From Candidatus Latescibacterota bacterium (lineage in GTDB: Bacteria > Latescibacterota > UBA2968 > UBA8231): DNA of 64,000 nt. The notes below the pieces were generated by a model, which did no database searches, was not told the DNA's origin, and saw only the letters and a list, made by a program, of their open reading frames with translations. The stretch lies in assembly GCA_965261395.1 (NCBI GenBank), contig OZ253462.1, forward strand, positions 3,296,001-3,360,000, given 5' to 3'. Shown in pieces: positions 47,097-57,020 of the stretch. The number at the start of each line of letters is the position of its first letter. Position 1 is the first letter of the stretch. Position numbers and translations under genes: made by a program.

Positions 47097-49226
47097 TTAG
47101 TAAATGAGTGAAATAGTGCCGATTCGATTCTCCGATTCTTCGTCGGTGTCCAGCGAGATGCGGTATATGTAATGGCCCGGCGGCACCTGTTGGCCTTGGT
47201 CGTTTCGGCCATCCCACACCGGCACATTGACCTCTTGGTCGAACACGCCGCGGATCACGCCTTGCCGCTCGAGTTGGCGCACGCGCAGGCCGGCCAAGTC
47301 GTAGATATCGATAGTTAGCAGACGCTGTACCGATATATCGTGTAGCTGGAAGCGAAACTCGGCTGCGTCATTAACGCCGTCGCCGTTAGGAGTGAATGGG
47401 TTGGGTGCTAGGTGAACTTGCTCTAGAGGGTTCGCGCCCAGCTTGTCGGTCCGCACCCCCAGAGAGTTGCCCGGAAAGTCGATATTGGCATCTCCTGGGT
47501 TGATTAGCTGTTTGACGCCCGCGCCCGTGCTGTCGAAGACCCAGCCTTGAAATTGGGTTCCATAGCGCACCACGTGGGCGGCGAATTCTACCTCAATGAG
47601 CTTGAACGTGTCGTCCGTACCCACCAGCTTGGGCAGGGCCACGACGATGCGGTCGTCGAAAATCTCGACCGGAAAGTCGCTGCCCAAGGCGACGCCATCG
47701 ACGCGCACGGCATGCACGGCCTCGGCGCGGGTCAGCGTGAAAATTTCCAGCCGATCAAAGCCCGTGTCGCTTGGAGCAAAAGTTGGGCGCACGCTATAGG
47801 TGAAGGTCGTGCTCTCGCTGCGCGAGACGTCCTGCGGCCAAATCTCCCCGACAACCTCTAAGGCGGCTGGCGGCGCGAACTGGATCTCTAGTTCGCGCAG
47901 TGCACCGGCCTGGTGCAGGCTCGACAGGAAGATGACCTGGATTTGCAAATAGCGCTCGGGGCCGGGCGAGAGGATTGGGGTGCCGTCCGCCCACTCTACC
48001 GCCTCTGCGGTAGAATCGCGCTGACCGGCCGTCAGCGCGTAGGGGGCCGACCAGAAGCTCCAGTTTTCTTCGTCGAGGGTCGTAAAGCGCACAGACAAAT
48101 CAGCGCGTTCAAACTCCTTGCGGATTAGCTGCGTCGGCTCGCCCTCTATGTTGCTCGGCACCCAGTACAAATTGGGATCTGGGTCGCGGCCCGAGCGCGT
48201 GCGGATAATCACATTAGACCCCTCCTCAAACGCGCCGTCCCAACGGATCTTGCCCCACGCCATGGGTGTGCCAAAGTCGAGCACGGCCGTGGTGTACACG
48301 GCGCGTCCGACAAAGCCCTCGCCAAAGATCTCAAATTCGGCGATCTCCCAGTTTTCAATCGGGTTGAGCGGACGCACGGCCACCCACTGGAACTGCTGGG
48401 TTGGGAAGCGGATATCGACTATTGGGTCCAAATTTTCGGTTTCCTTGCCCAAGGTAATCAGCCGCGAGTCGTTGGGCGGGTCCACGCGACGGCTGCTTAT
48501 CGAGGCGAACCAGCGGTTCGCGGAGGTGCTCAAATAGCAATGGGGAGCAAAGTTGTTGAAGCTATTGGCCGCCGAGATCTCGTACCAAGGCAGGAAATTC
48601 TCGGTGAAATCCTCCTCGGCCAAGCCTTCCTTGGCCAGTCGCGGCTCCCCCATCAGCGCGAGCAGCTCGTCGATTTTGGGGTTGGCGGTGCCCAACCGCG
48701 GGTAGAAGCGGATCCGATTGATAGGGTAGTTGACGCCCAACTCGACAATCGAATTCTGGACGTACAACCGGCTCTGGATCCCGCTGCTTGCGCTGGTGCT
48801 GACGTTGAAAAACGCCGCCGTGTTGGGGTCGCCGTCGAACATGGGGGCAACCTGCACCAATTGGGTGGAGATGTCGCTGCAGCTCCCGCTGGTGGTGATG
48901 TTGTTAGAAATGCCACGGGCAATGCGGGTGCGGACCTCGGGGTGCGCCAAGTTCAAATCCGGCGGCACGAAAAACGGGCGCATCCACAGCCCATCGTCCG
49001 CATCGACGATCTCGTTGAGCGTATCTTCCCAAGTGGCATAGGCGATATTGGAAGCCACCGGCTGCATCTCAAGCAGCGCGCCTGCACTGTCGAGCACCGC
49101 GTAGTGGCCCGGCTCAAAGGACAGGGCCGCCGTCCAAGCATTGCCATCCTCGCCGAGTTTATACGAGTTGAAAGCGAGGGCCGGTGAGACGACCAGCACG
49201 CCGAGCAAAAGACCAACAAAGAGCAT
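47097..49226 (-). CDS. secreted discoidin-like + FlgD-Ig/CHU_C-tail protein (paralogue 4)
   Basis: Signal peptide (ALA-F); FDGDPNT, ELGVNYPINRIRFYPR, EIAEFEIFGEGF, WGKIRW, WSFWS; PNPFTPNGDGVND...WDGRNDQGQQVPPGHY...ISLIY. Confidence 0.75.
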   Translation of the reverse strand: MLFVGLLLGVLVVSPALAFNSYKLGEDGNAWTAALSFEPGHYAVLDSAGALLEMQPVASNIAYATWEDTLNEIVDADDGLWMRPFFVPPDLNLAHPEVRTRIARGISNNITTSGSCSDISTQLVQVAPMFDGDPNTAAFFNVSTSASSGIQSRLYVQNSIVELGVNYPINRIRFYPRLGTANPKIDELLALMGEPRLAKEGLAEEDFTENFLPWYEISAANSFNNFAPHCYLSTSANRWFASISSRRVDPPNDSRLITLGKETENLDPIVDIRFPTQQFQWVAVRPLNPIENWEIAEFEIFGEGFVGRAVYTTAVLDFGTPMAWGKIRWDGAFEEGSNVIIRTRSGRDPDPNLYWVPSNIEGEPTQLIRKEFERADLSVRFTTLDEENWSFWSAPYALTAGQRDSTAEAVEWADGTPILSPGPERYLQIQVIFLSSLHQAGALRELEIQFAPPAALEVVGEIWPQDVSRSESTTFTYSVRPTFAPSDTGFDRLEIFTLTRAEAVHAVRVDGVALGSDFPVEIFDDRIVVALPKLVGTDDTFKLIEVEFAAHVVRYGTQFQGWVFDSTGAGVKQLINPGDANIDFPGNSLGVRTDKLGANPLEQVHLAPNPFTPNGDGVNDAAEFRFQLHDISVQRLLTIDIYDLAGLRVRQLERQGVIRGVFDQEVNVPVWDGRNDQGQQVPPGHYIYRISLDTDEESENRIGTISLIY

Positions 49227-49347
49227 GTCCCGACCTCGATTTTTAGGGAGTGGAGGGCGTGAATGCAACATAGTAAAAAAAAACCCGCTATGCACTCTTT
49301 TGGCTAGGTTCTATATTAGCACATTCATTCCTAACAGGCAGGGTTTT

Positions 49348-52011
49348 ATGGGTTATCGGCTCATGTTGGGCATTCTCTGGGGGGCGCTAACGCTCGCCAC
49401 CGACCTGCTAGCACTCGATACCCTGCGGGTGGGCAACAACGGCAACGTCTCTTGGGCTGGACAGACCTTCGGCACCGCCGTGCAGACGCTCCCCGCCGAA
49501 TACAAGGTCAGCCGGTTCTCGACCGAGGTCGGCAATGTACCGGGCGACGTCATCGACCTGTCCAACCTAGTAGTGGTAAGCCCCCAAGTACTGGTCAAAA
49601 CCCTCATCCAAGCGCCGCCCGAACTGCTCGCCGGCGAGCTCGCCCTAGCCGAAGAAAAGCTGCTAGACGCGGTCTCATCCCTGCCGGGGGCGACGGCGAT
49701 CACGCCTTCCCAGCGCGAGGGACTCTCTCTGATTCACCTTGATTTTGCGGACGACATTCCCCTCGACGAGGCCGTGGCGCAGGTGGCTGCCGCCCTAGAT
49801 CCGGTGCGTTCCGCAGGCGTTGATCCACTCATCCTGCCGGTCTTGTTAAGCCCGGATCACGTCGTCCGTGGCGAGAACGTGGCCCAGCGCGCTCTCGGGT
49901 GGGGCGGCGGCATTACGGCACCGGCCATCAAGGACGTGCCCGCATCTGCGCTGGAGGCGACCTTGCTGGAGCTAATCGAGCCGGGCGGGGCCGAAGACGC
50001 GTTCGCCCGCAAGGGGGCCTTCGGGGCCTTGGGCACCTTTATCGTCCTCGATCTCGGCAGCCCCATTGGCATCAACCGCATCCGCTTCTATCCGCGCAAC
50101 ACCGTGCAGAGCGCGCCCCAGTACCCCTTTCAGACGGATTTTATCCGCCAGTTCGAGCTGCTCGCCCACGACGGGCAAGACCTCGTCTTAGACGGCACCG
50201 GACGCTTCGTGCCCCAGCTCGACGACTTCGAGCTGCTGCTGAGGACCACGACCAACGAAGAGTCGGTAGTGGAAGTGGTGATCGAACCCGCCCAGACCGC
50301 GCGCTTTGTGCGGCTCAAATCCACATCTTCCTTCCCCTATGAAATCGACGAGTTTGAGGTCTTCGGCGAGGGCTTTATCGGCACTAGCCGCTACATCTCC
50401 CACGTGTACGACTTGGGCGCACCCGCCACTTGGGGCCACATAAGCTGGCGGGAAAAAACCGTGGATTTGCGCACCCGCAGCAATCCGACCGACTCCACAC
50501 CCCAAGCCAGCACCTGCCAAGTCAAATCCGCGGTATTCACCACGCCCGACGCCATCCCAAGCGACTACGGCGATTGCACTCCAACGGCGCGTTTTACCGC
50601 GGACCAAGGCTACACCAACGTGTACGAGTGCTTCCAGACCCACTGCGGCGAGACCGTGCTGCCGGGCCGCCAGCAAAGCACGGAGCCAACAGCCAGTGAA
50701 CCCTCGCGCCTGTCAGGGCATACCAGTGGCGTCTCTGAGATCATCGTCCGCACCCGCACGGGCACCGACCCGACCCCAGTGCTCTACAAGCGCGGCAACG
50801 TGCAGCGCGTGTCGGACGACCAGCTTTCCTCCTCCATAGACCATCCGGGCGACCAGCTCGCGCGCGACGAATATCTCGATCTCGTGCCCGATCTCGAAGC
50901 CGTGCCCCCGCAGGTTTGGGGCAAGGGGGCAATCGAAGAGGATCTGCAAAACTGGAGCCCTTGGTCGTCGCCCCACCAAGGCGGCACGCCGGTTTTGTCG
51001 CCGGGGCCGCGTCGCTACATCCAGTTTTCCGTCGATTTCCTCAACAGCGAAATCAACGCGACGAAGGCGTTGGAGCAGCTATCCATCGAATACTTGCTGC
51101 CACCGATTGCCGAGGAACTCGTCGCCGAGATCTTCCCGCGGGAGGTGGAGGTCTTTGAATCGGTGGATTTCACGTATGCAGTGCGCGCCAAAATGGAGTT
51201 CGGCGGGGTCAAGGGGTTCGACACCTTTGAGCTGCTAACCTCCAGCCGAGTGCTGGGCATCGACAAGATCGAGATATGGGAACTGCCCGACCGCTTAGTC
51301 GCCGAGCAGGCCCTAAACGCCGACATCGTAACTGCTCCCAATGGCCTGTCCGCAGTCCAGACGCCCGACGGCACCCAACACGCCTTACCCTATACCGTAG
51401 AGTCCGCAGACGGCGGCTCCTTTGTCATTCAAGCGGTAACCGAGCGCAACGCGATCGTGCGCTTTCCCCAAATCATCCGACCACCCGACGGCGGCCAGAT
51501 GCTGCTGAAAATCAAGTTCCGCGGGCGCGTGCTGCTATACAGCACCTTGTTCCGCGGACAGGCCGTGCTTTCGTCGCAGGCCGGCAGCATCCAGCGCATC
51601 TCCGCGGGCAACGCCGACTTCTTAGGCGAAGGCGACCTACCCACGGCCTCTGGCATTACCGTGTTAAGCCCAGACATTAACAAAGGCGACCTGTTTGGCT
51701 CCTTTGCCATCGAGCCGGGTGTATTCACCCCCAACGGCGACGACATCAACGACGCCGTGACCATCGGCTACGACATCCTCGCGGTGACTCGACCAACCGC
51801 TGTAGCAGTGCACGTCTTCGACCTGTCTGGCCGCCTCGTAAAGCCACTCTACTCAGGGACAGATCTGAGCGGCCATTACGACGGCCTGTCTTGGGATGGC
51901 CGCGACGCCGACGGCAACCGGGTGCCACCGGGGCTGTACTTGGTGTCGCTTGCCGTAGATGGCGATGCGCGTCGGACGCGCAGGGTGCACACGGTAGGTG
52001 TGGCGTATTGA
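49348..52011 (+). CDS. secreted discoidin-like + FlgD-Ig/CHU_C-tail protein with insertions (paralogue 5)
   Basis: Signal peptide; DLGSPIGINRIRFYPR, EIDEFEVFGEGF, WGHISW, WSPWS, SPGPRRYIQ; FTPNGDDIND...WDGRDADGNRVPPGLY...VGVAY. Confidence 0.75.
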   Translation: MGYRLMLGILWGALTLATDLLALDTLRVGNNGNVSWAGQTFGTAVQTLPAEYKVSRFSTEVGNVPGDVIDLSNLVVVSPQVLVKTLIQAPPELLAGELALAEEKLLDAVSSLPGATAITPSQREGLSLIHLDFADDIPLDEAVAQVAAALDPVRSAGVDPLILPVLLSPDHVVRGENVAQRALGWGGGITAPAIKDVPASALEATLLELIEPGGAEDAFARKGAFGALGTFIVLDLGSPIGINRIRFYPRNTVQSAPQYPFQTDFIRQFELLAHDGQDLVLDGTGRFVPQLDDFELLLRTTTNEESVVEVVIEPAQTARFVRLKSTSSFPYEIDEFEVFGEGFIGTSRYISHVYDLGAPATWGHISWREKTVDLRTRSNPTDSTPQASTCQVKSAVFTTPDAIPSDYGDCTPTARFTADQGYTNVYECFQTHCGETVLPGRQQSTEPTASEPSRLSGHTSGVSEIIVRTRTGTDPTPVLYKRGNVQRVSDDQLSSSIDHPGDQLARDEYLDLVPDLEAVPPQVWGKGAIEEDLQNWSPWSSPHQGGTPVLSPGPRRYIQFSVDFLNSEINATKALEQLSIEYLLPPIAEELVAEIFPREVEVFESVDFTYAVRAKMEFGGVKGFDTFELLTSSRVLGIDKIEIWELPDRLVAEQALNADIVTAPNGLSAVQTPDGTQHALPYTVESADGGSFVIQAVTERNAIVRFPQIIRPPDGGQMLLKIKFRGRVLLYSTLFRGQAVLSSQAGSIQRISAGNADFLGEGDLPTASGITVLSPDINKGDLFGSFAIEPGVFTPNGDDINDAVTIGYDILAVTRPTAVAVHVFDLSGRLVKPLYSGTDLSGHYDGLSWDGRDADGNRVPPGLYLVSLAVDGDARRTRRVHTVGVAY

Positions 52012-52018
52012 GGGGAGG

Positions 52019-54220
52019 TTAGCGCCCAGCCCCCTTCAATCGCTCGTTCCACTGCTCTTTAAGTTGCTCGAAAATCTCCGCCGAGCGCCCCTCTCGGTAG
52101 TACTCGGTAAACTGCTCCAAGTGCTTCACTCCTTTGAGCGTATCCCCTAAGACCATGTACAAATGGCCGGCTAAGCGGTTGCCTTGATAGTGCGCTGGCT
52201 GAACGGCCAAAATGGCCTGCACCTGTTCCATGGCGGCCGCGGCGCGGTGCTCGACGACATACTGGGTGGCCAATAGCAAGCGGGCATCGACCGCGGCCGG
52301 GCTGCGAGCAATCACTTGCAGCAAAAGGGCCTTGGCCTCCTCGGCTTGGTCGGCGAAGAAGAGCAAGCGGGCCAAGCGGTAGCGCGCCGCAGCCTGCAGC
52401 GAATCCGTCGCTAGGATCTGCCGGTATTCGGCGCGGGCTGAGTCCAAGCGTTCCAGCCGCTCATATAGCTCGCCCAACTGCAGGCGCGCCTGCAGCGAAT
52501 CCGGTTTGGCGGCCACGAGCGCCCCATATGCGGCAACGGCTTGCTCCAATTGCCCTAACTGGGCGTGGGCATAGCCGAGCCGCCCGTAGAGATCCGCCGC
52601 GTCCGCGTCTTTGGCACCTAACAAGCCTTCGTAGGCAGCGATCGCTGCGGCATAACGGCCGGTTCGCAAATAGATGTTCCCCAGCGCCAGACGCGCCCGC
52701 GCAACTTCGGGAAAGCGGCGGATGAATTCGCCGTATGCAGCAACGGCTCGGTTGTATTCGCCGCTGCGGGCATACAAAGAGGCCAAGTTGAAACGCGCCC
52801 ACTTTATATCCGGGTCGAGCGTCAGCGCTTGCTCATAAGCGGCTATGGCATTGATCGGCAAACCCTTTTTCTCGTACACATAGCCCAATCGATAGTGCGT
52901 GTGGGCGTCGCCCTCCACATTCATCGCCCCCACCCGAAAATTGCACGCGACCACCAACAGGAATGCGGCACCGCAACCGACGAGCAGGTCCCGGTACGCC
53001 CCTCGTCGCCACAGCAGGTAGAGCTCCCGGCCACCATACGCGGCGAACATCAGTAGGATGGGGATCACGGGCAGGCGATAGCGCGCGCTAATAAAAAAAG
53101 CCACCACCGTCAGCATGTACGCACCGGCGAACAAGGCGAGCAACAGGGGTTCGGGGCGGCGCAGCAACCCGCTCCGATAGCTCAGGCCCAGCCCCACCAG
53201 CGCAAGCGGTGCCAGCAGCCCAAAGGGGAATGCCACGCCGTACTTCCACAAAAGCACGTGCAGCAACGGCGCGTACTGGCGGGCAAAGTAGAGGTCCTGA
53301 TTGCGGCCGATCTCGTCGCCATGCCAAAACAAATACAACTTGTACAGCAGCAGCTTCAGGTAGGTAAAAGGCTGATGGCGAATGAAATCCCAAGCTTCGG
53401 CAAAGAAAAAGCGGGATTGGGCCGAAGGCTGAGAAATGCCGGCCTCCACGCGCGGCCGCGCGGTTAATTCCAGCCACGCCGGCCCCGGCTGGATCGCCAC
53501 GGTCTCGTCGTAATGGGCGTTGTTGCCAATGTAAAAATTGAGACCAGCGTTAGAAGAAATAAGCACCCAATCGCCGCCCACATAGTAGTTGCGCAGGGTG
53601 ACCGGCGCGATGGCTAAAGCAGTCCCCAACAACAGTACGGCCACTCCCACTAATCGACCGCGACGCACCCATACCAACCACAGGGCAGCCACCGGCACAA
53701 ACGCCAGCACATTAGCCACGCACAGCGCGGAAAGGCCGCAGAGGAATCCAGGCAACAAAAGCCGCCGCGGTCGCCCCTCGGCCGCCCACAGCAGCGCCCA
53801 TAGCGCGAGCAGGTTTAACACCAGCGCGAGGGCCGGCGGCAGCAACTCAGCCTCGAAGAAGATGAAAGGCCCGTAGCAAGCGGCTAGCCCGGCCGCCAGA
53901 TAACCTACGGCAGGCGAAAAGACGCGCCCCAAGCGAAAAATCAGCAGGCACAGCGTGGCCCCCAGCGCGGCTTGGACTAGCCGCGGCAGGGTAAAACTCG
54001 GCTCAAAAAGCGCGTAGAGCGCGCCGAGGAAATGCGGGTAGAGCGGAGGTTGCCAAAAGGGCTGATCGCCGAAGTGGCCGAGGGCCATCGCCGCGGCCGC
54101 TTGGGTATAGGTTTTGGCGTCGACGAGGGGAAAATCGTAGAACGGGCTGCGCTGGCTCTGGAAGATGTACAGCAGCCGCAGCGCAAAAGCCGCGCCCCAG
54201 ACGAGCGCGAGTTTTCCCAC
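52019..54220 (-). CDS. GT-C fold (ArnT/PMT-like) membrane glycosyltransferase with C-terminal TPRs
   Basis: Multi-TM N-terminal half with DAKTY, PFWQPPLYP, RNY..G, GLNFYIGNN, RYRLP; TPR-rich C-terminal half. Confidence 0.8.
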   Translation of the reverse strand: MGKLALVWGAAFALRLLYIFQSQRSPFYDFPLVDAKTYTQAAAAMALGHFGDQPFWQPPLYPHFLGALYALFEPSFTLPRLVQAALGATLCLLIFRLGRVFSPAVGYLAAGLAACYGPFIFFEAELLPPALALVLNLLALWALLWAAEGRPRRLLLPGFLCGLSALCVANVLAFVPVAALWLVWVRRGRLVGVAVLLLGTALAIAPVTLRNYYVGGDWVLISSNAGLNFYIGNNAHYDETVAIQPGPAWLELTARPRVEAGISQPSAQSRFFFAEAWDFIRHQPFTYLKLLLYKLYLFWHGDEIGRNQDLYFARQYAPLLHVLLWKYGVAFPFGLLAPLALVGLGLSYRSGLLRRPEPLLLALFAGAYMLTVVAFFISARYRLPVIPILLMFAAYGGRELYLLWRRGAYRDLLVGCGAAFLLVVACNFRVGAMNVEGDAHTHYRLGYVYEKKGLPINAIAAYEQALTLDPDIKWARFNLASLYARSGEYNRAVAAYGEFIRRFPEVARARLALGNIYLRTGRYAAAIAAYEGLLGAKDADAADLYGRLGYAHAQLGQLEQAVAAYGALVAAKPDSLQARLQLGELYERLERLDSARAEYRQILATDSLQAAARYRLARLLFFADQAEEAKALLLQVIARSPAAVDARLLLATQYVVEHRAAAAMEQVQAILAVQPAHYQGNRLAGHLYMVLGDTLKGVKHLEQFTEYYREGRSAEIFEQLKEQWNERLKGAGR

Positions 54221-54224
54221 CGCG

Positions 54225-56933
54225 CTAGATGCCCAAGCCGGCGTACACCGTGATAAAGCCCTCGGTCACCGTGCGGGTTTTGATGTCTGGATCTTCAAAG
54301 TCGCGCGCGTCGAACTTCAGGCCGACCTGAGTGGTCAGCACGTAGCCTTGGTATTCGGCCACGTTGGTGACTTGGCTGGCAGTAATGAAGGACTGGAAGT
54401 TGTTGATCTCGGCCTCCAGATCCCGCAACAGCACGTATTCAACGCCGGTCGCTATGGTCGTGCGACGCATTACGGGCAGCTCCACTACCACGCCGAATAT
54501 CTCGGTCAGCTCTTCGCGGTCGTCCTTGGTAAACAGGTCGTAGGTCTGGCGGCGGTATTCACTTTTCCATCTCGGCAACACTCGCAGGCGCGACAGCTCG
54601 ACGAGATAATCGGCCTTGTTGATGACGCCCAAGAAAAACTCCTCGTCGTCCAAGCCGAACTGGGTGCGCGCCGTTTGGCCGAGGCGCTGGTGCCAGAGGT
54701 CGTATTTGAGCGAATTTTTAATCGTCAAATCCTCCAGCGGCTCGTACGTGTGGCCGATGTACAGCGAATTGTTGAGCGCGTCGCGCGCCAACAGTGGGTC
54801 TGGCACTTCCACGTTGCGGGAGTCGCGCAGGGTATTGCGATTGTGCCACTGGATTAGGTCGTCTGGAATGTCGTCCGCCACGCTCTTGAGCACTTCCATG
54901 ACCTTGAGCCGCCCCCAATTCGGATGATCCACATCGACGGTCAGCACACCATATGTGGCGCGGTTGCGCTGGTCTGAGGTAATCCGCTTCTCGCGCAAAT
55001 GTCCGGCAGTCACGCGGATTTCCGGGGTGATGTTGACGCCAGCATACACGTTGAAACCACGGCGGTCGCGCTTGTAGGGAAAGTCCGGCTCGTTGTCGTT
55101 TTCAAAGCGATCGACCCAGCCATTGTTGTTGGCGTCAATGCCGTAGAGAAATTCGGGACGATCTACGTGTTGCCGGAGGAAAGGCTCCTCGTAGTCCGGG
55201 ATCAGGTTAATAACGCGGCCATTGTCGTTTTGGTTGAAGTCGGGAATGAAGTCGTTGTTTTCGTCCCAACCCGGAAAGACCGCGCGATCGACCGACAGAG
55301 CGTCGTTGCGGCCCCAATCCGGGATGCGGTCTTGATCGTCGTTGTCCTCGACGAATTCCACCAGGAATCGCTCATTGCTGCCCGGGTTGTGGTCGGCAAA
55401 ATAACCGGAGTTGTAATCGATGAAGCCGTCTTGCTCGCTGATGTACGTCGAAGTGGCATAATCTGGGTCCATGCGGAACGCCTCGGCAAAAAAGAAATAC
55501 GGAGCGGCGCGCTTCCACAGGTTGAACATGTAGGCGTCCGCCGAGGGCTTCGCGGACGTACCCGACGAAGTGCTGTGATCGGTGTTGCCCTGGTCAGCGC
55601 TCGGATAGGGATACTTGCGATACGTGCGGCTGTTGTCCCACTCGCCGTACAAGTGAAAGCCCTTGACATCTTCCAACGCGAGCGTGAACCCAAATATCTG
55701 CGTTGCAGTGGGCAGGCCGTACTCAAACGAGACGACTTGCAGATTGGTGTTGTCCTTGACGTTGCCTGTGGCTCGCGCGACCAGCAGGAAAATGGGATCG
55801 TTGTTGCGGCCAGTTTGGCGGTTGGACGTAGCCTGCACTTTGTAGTCATTACCCAAGACCAAGTCGAACTGGACCTTGCGAATCTGCGACTTGTCCTGCG
55901 AAGCGACTAACAAAAAATCCGTGCTGTTGAAATCGTAGCGCAAGCGGATTTGCTCGTTGCCGTCGGCCGAGATAAAGCCCTCTTGCGGGAAGCCGCCTTC
56001 AACGACCGGTTCAAACCCAATCTCCTTGCCGCGGTCCACACTACCGTCCAAATAGGTAATGATGATGTCCGAGCCGGCGCTGAAAAACGCCGCGCCGCCC
56101 TCGCCATCGGCCGGTGAGTCGTCGCTGAGCAAAATTTCGATCCAAGAGATGGCTTCGTTCTTCTGATCTACGGTCAGTTCGCCCGCGAGGGGATTACCGC
56201 CAAAGCCGTCGGTGAGAGTATTCGACTGATGGGCATTGACAAAGTTGAAACCCAGCGTGGTGAAATCGCCCACCTGAACAGTGGTGCGCCCCCCCATCAG
56301 CGTGGTGTTGTTGGTGCGGTTGATGCCCTCGACATTCGTGCCCGAGCCACCCGATTCGCTCAGCCGCGAATACAGGAAGGTGAGCAAGTATTTGTCCGTG
56401 GCCAAGTCGAACTGGACCCCGTCGAAATCGGGTTTGGAAAAGGTCATGGGCGTCAAGGTCGTACGGATGCCGTTGCCAATGGTGATGGCGTAGTGATACT
56501 CGCCGACGGAGTCCGAGGCGATAAGCAGACTGTTGAACCAATTGCCAAAGCGACCATCCTTGAACAGCTCGTTGCCGCGCTGCAAGGGCTGGCTCTGGCT
56601 ATTGTTGTAGATGAGCCAGCCGCGATTGACGAAATTGCCAAAGAAGTCGTAGAAGTAGCTGCCCTCCAACGCCACATCGACGTAGCGCTGGTACGGCGAG
56701 CGGGCGTAGTTGGAATACTCCCACTGCCGCCAGCGGTACTCGTTGAAGAGCTCCTGCGGGATGTACCACTTTTTTACGGCCGGGTCTATCGCATCGAAAA
56801 GAACGCCCGAACCCTGTGGCTCGAACGTGGTCCTGCCGCCGCGTTGGACACCCAGCCGACTGCCGTAGTTTTGGGCACTGGCCGCGCCGGCTAGAATACA
56901 AAGCAAAGACGCAATAAAAAAACGCGTTCTCAT
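54225..56933 (-). CDS. putative outer-membrane beta-barrel protein (barrel paralogue B)
   Basis: AAGGAG RBS; signal peptide ASA-Q; shares GSGVLFDA.DPAVKKWY.PQELF, IRTTLTPMTFSKP, LSDDSP, EDNDDQDR.PDW and PDYEEPFLR with 11394-14135; ends FITVYAGLGI. Confidence 0.65.
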   Translation of the reverse strand: MRTRFFIASLLCILAGAASAQNYGSRLGVQRGGRTTFEPQGSGVLFDAIDPAVKKWYIPQELFNEYRWRQWEYSNYARSPYQRYVDVALEGSYFYDFFGNFVNRGWLIYNNSQSQPLQRGNELFKDGRFGNWFNSLLIASDSVGEYHYAITIGNGIRTTLTPMTFSKPDFDGVQFDLATDKYLLTFLYSRLSESGGSGTNVEGINRTNNTTLMGGRTTVQVGDFTTLGFNFVNAHQSNTLTDGFGGNPLAGELTVDQKNEAISWIEILLSDDSPADGEGGAAFFSAGSDIIITYLDGSVDRGKEIGFEPVVEGGFPQEGFISADGNEQIRLRYDFNSTDFLLVASQDKSQIRKVQFDLVLGNDYKVQATSNRQTGRNNDPIFLLVARATGNVKDNTNLQVVSFEYGLPTATQIFGFTLALEDVKGFHLYGEWDNSRTYRKYPYPSADQGNTDHSTSSGTSAKPSADAYMFNLWKRAAPYFFFAEAFRMDPDYATSTYISEQDGFIDYNSGYFADHNPGSNERFLVEFVEDNDDQDRIPDWGRNDALSVDRAVFPGWDENNDFIPDFNQNDNGRVINLIPDYEEPFLRQHVDRPEFLYGIDANNNGWVDRFENDNEPDFPYKRDRRGFNVYAGVNITPEIRVTAGHLREKRITSDQRNRATYGVLTVDVDHPNWGRLKVMEVLKSVADDIPDDLIQWHNRNTLRDSRNVEVPDPLLARDALNNSLYIGHTYEPLEDLTIKNSLKYDLWHQRLGQTARTQFGLDDEEFFLGVINKADYLVELSRLRVLPRWKSEYRRQTYDLFTKDDREELTEIFGVVVELPVMRRTTIATGVEYVLLRDLEAEINNFQSFITASQVTNVAEYQGYVLTTQVGLKFDARDFEDPDIKTRTVTEGFITVYAGLGI

Positions 56934-56945
56934 ACCGGACTCCTT

Positions 56946-56982
56946 AAAAAAATAAGGCGATGAGCTGGGTAGCCCATCGCCT
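56946..56982 (-). terminator. intrinsic terminator between the CBM9-like gene and the barrel gene
   Basis: Minus strand AGGCGATGGGCT-ACCC-AGCTCATCGCCT followed by TATTTTTTT. Confidence 0.75.
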
Positions 56983-57020
56983 GTAAATCTAAATCGAATG
57001 CCGGGTCGAGCCAGCAGGAC

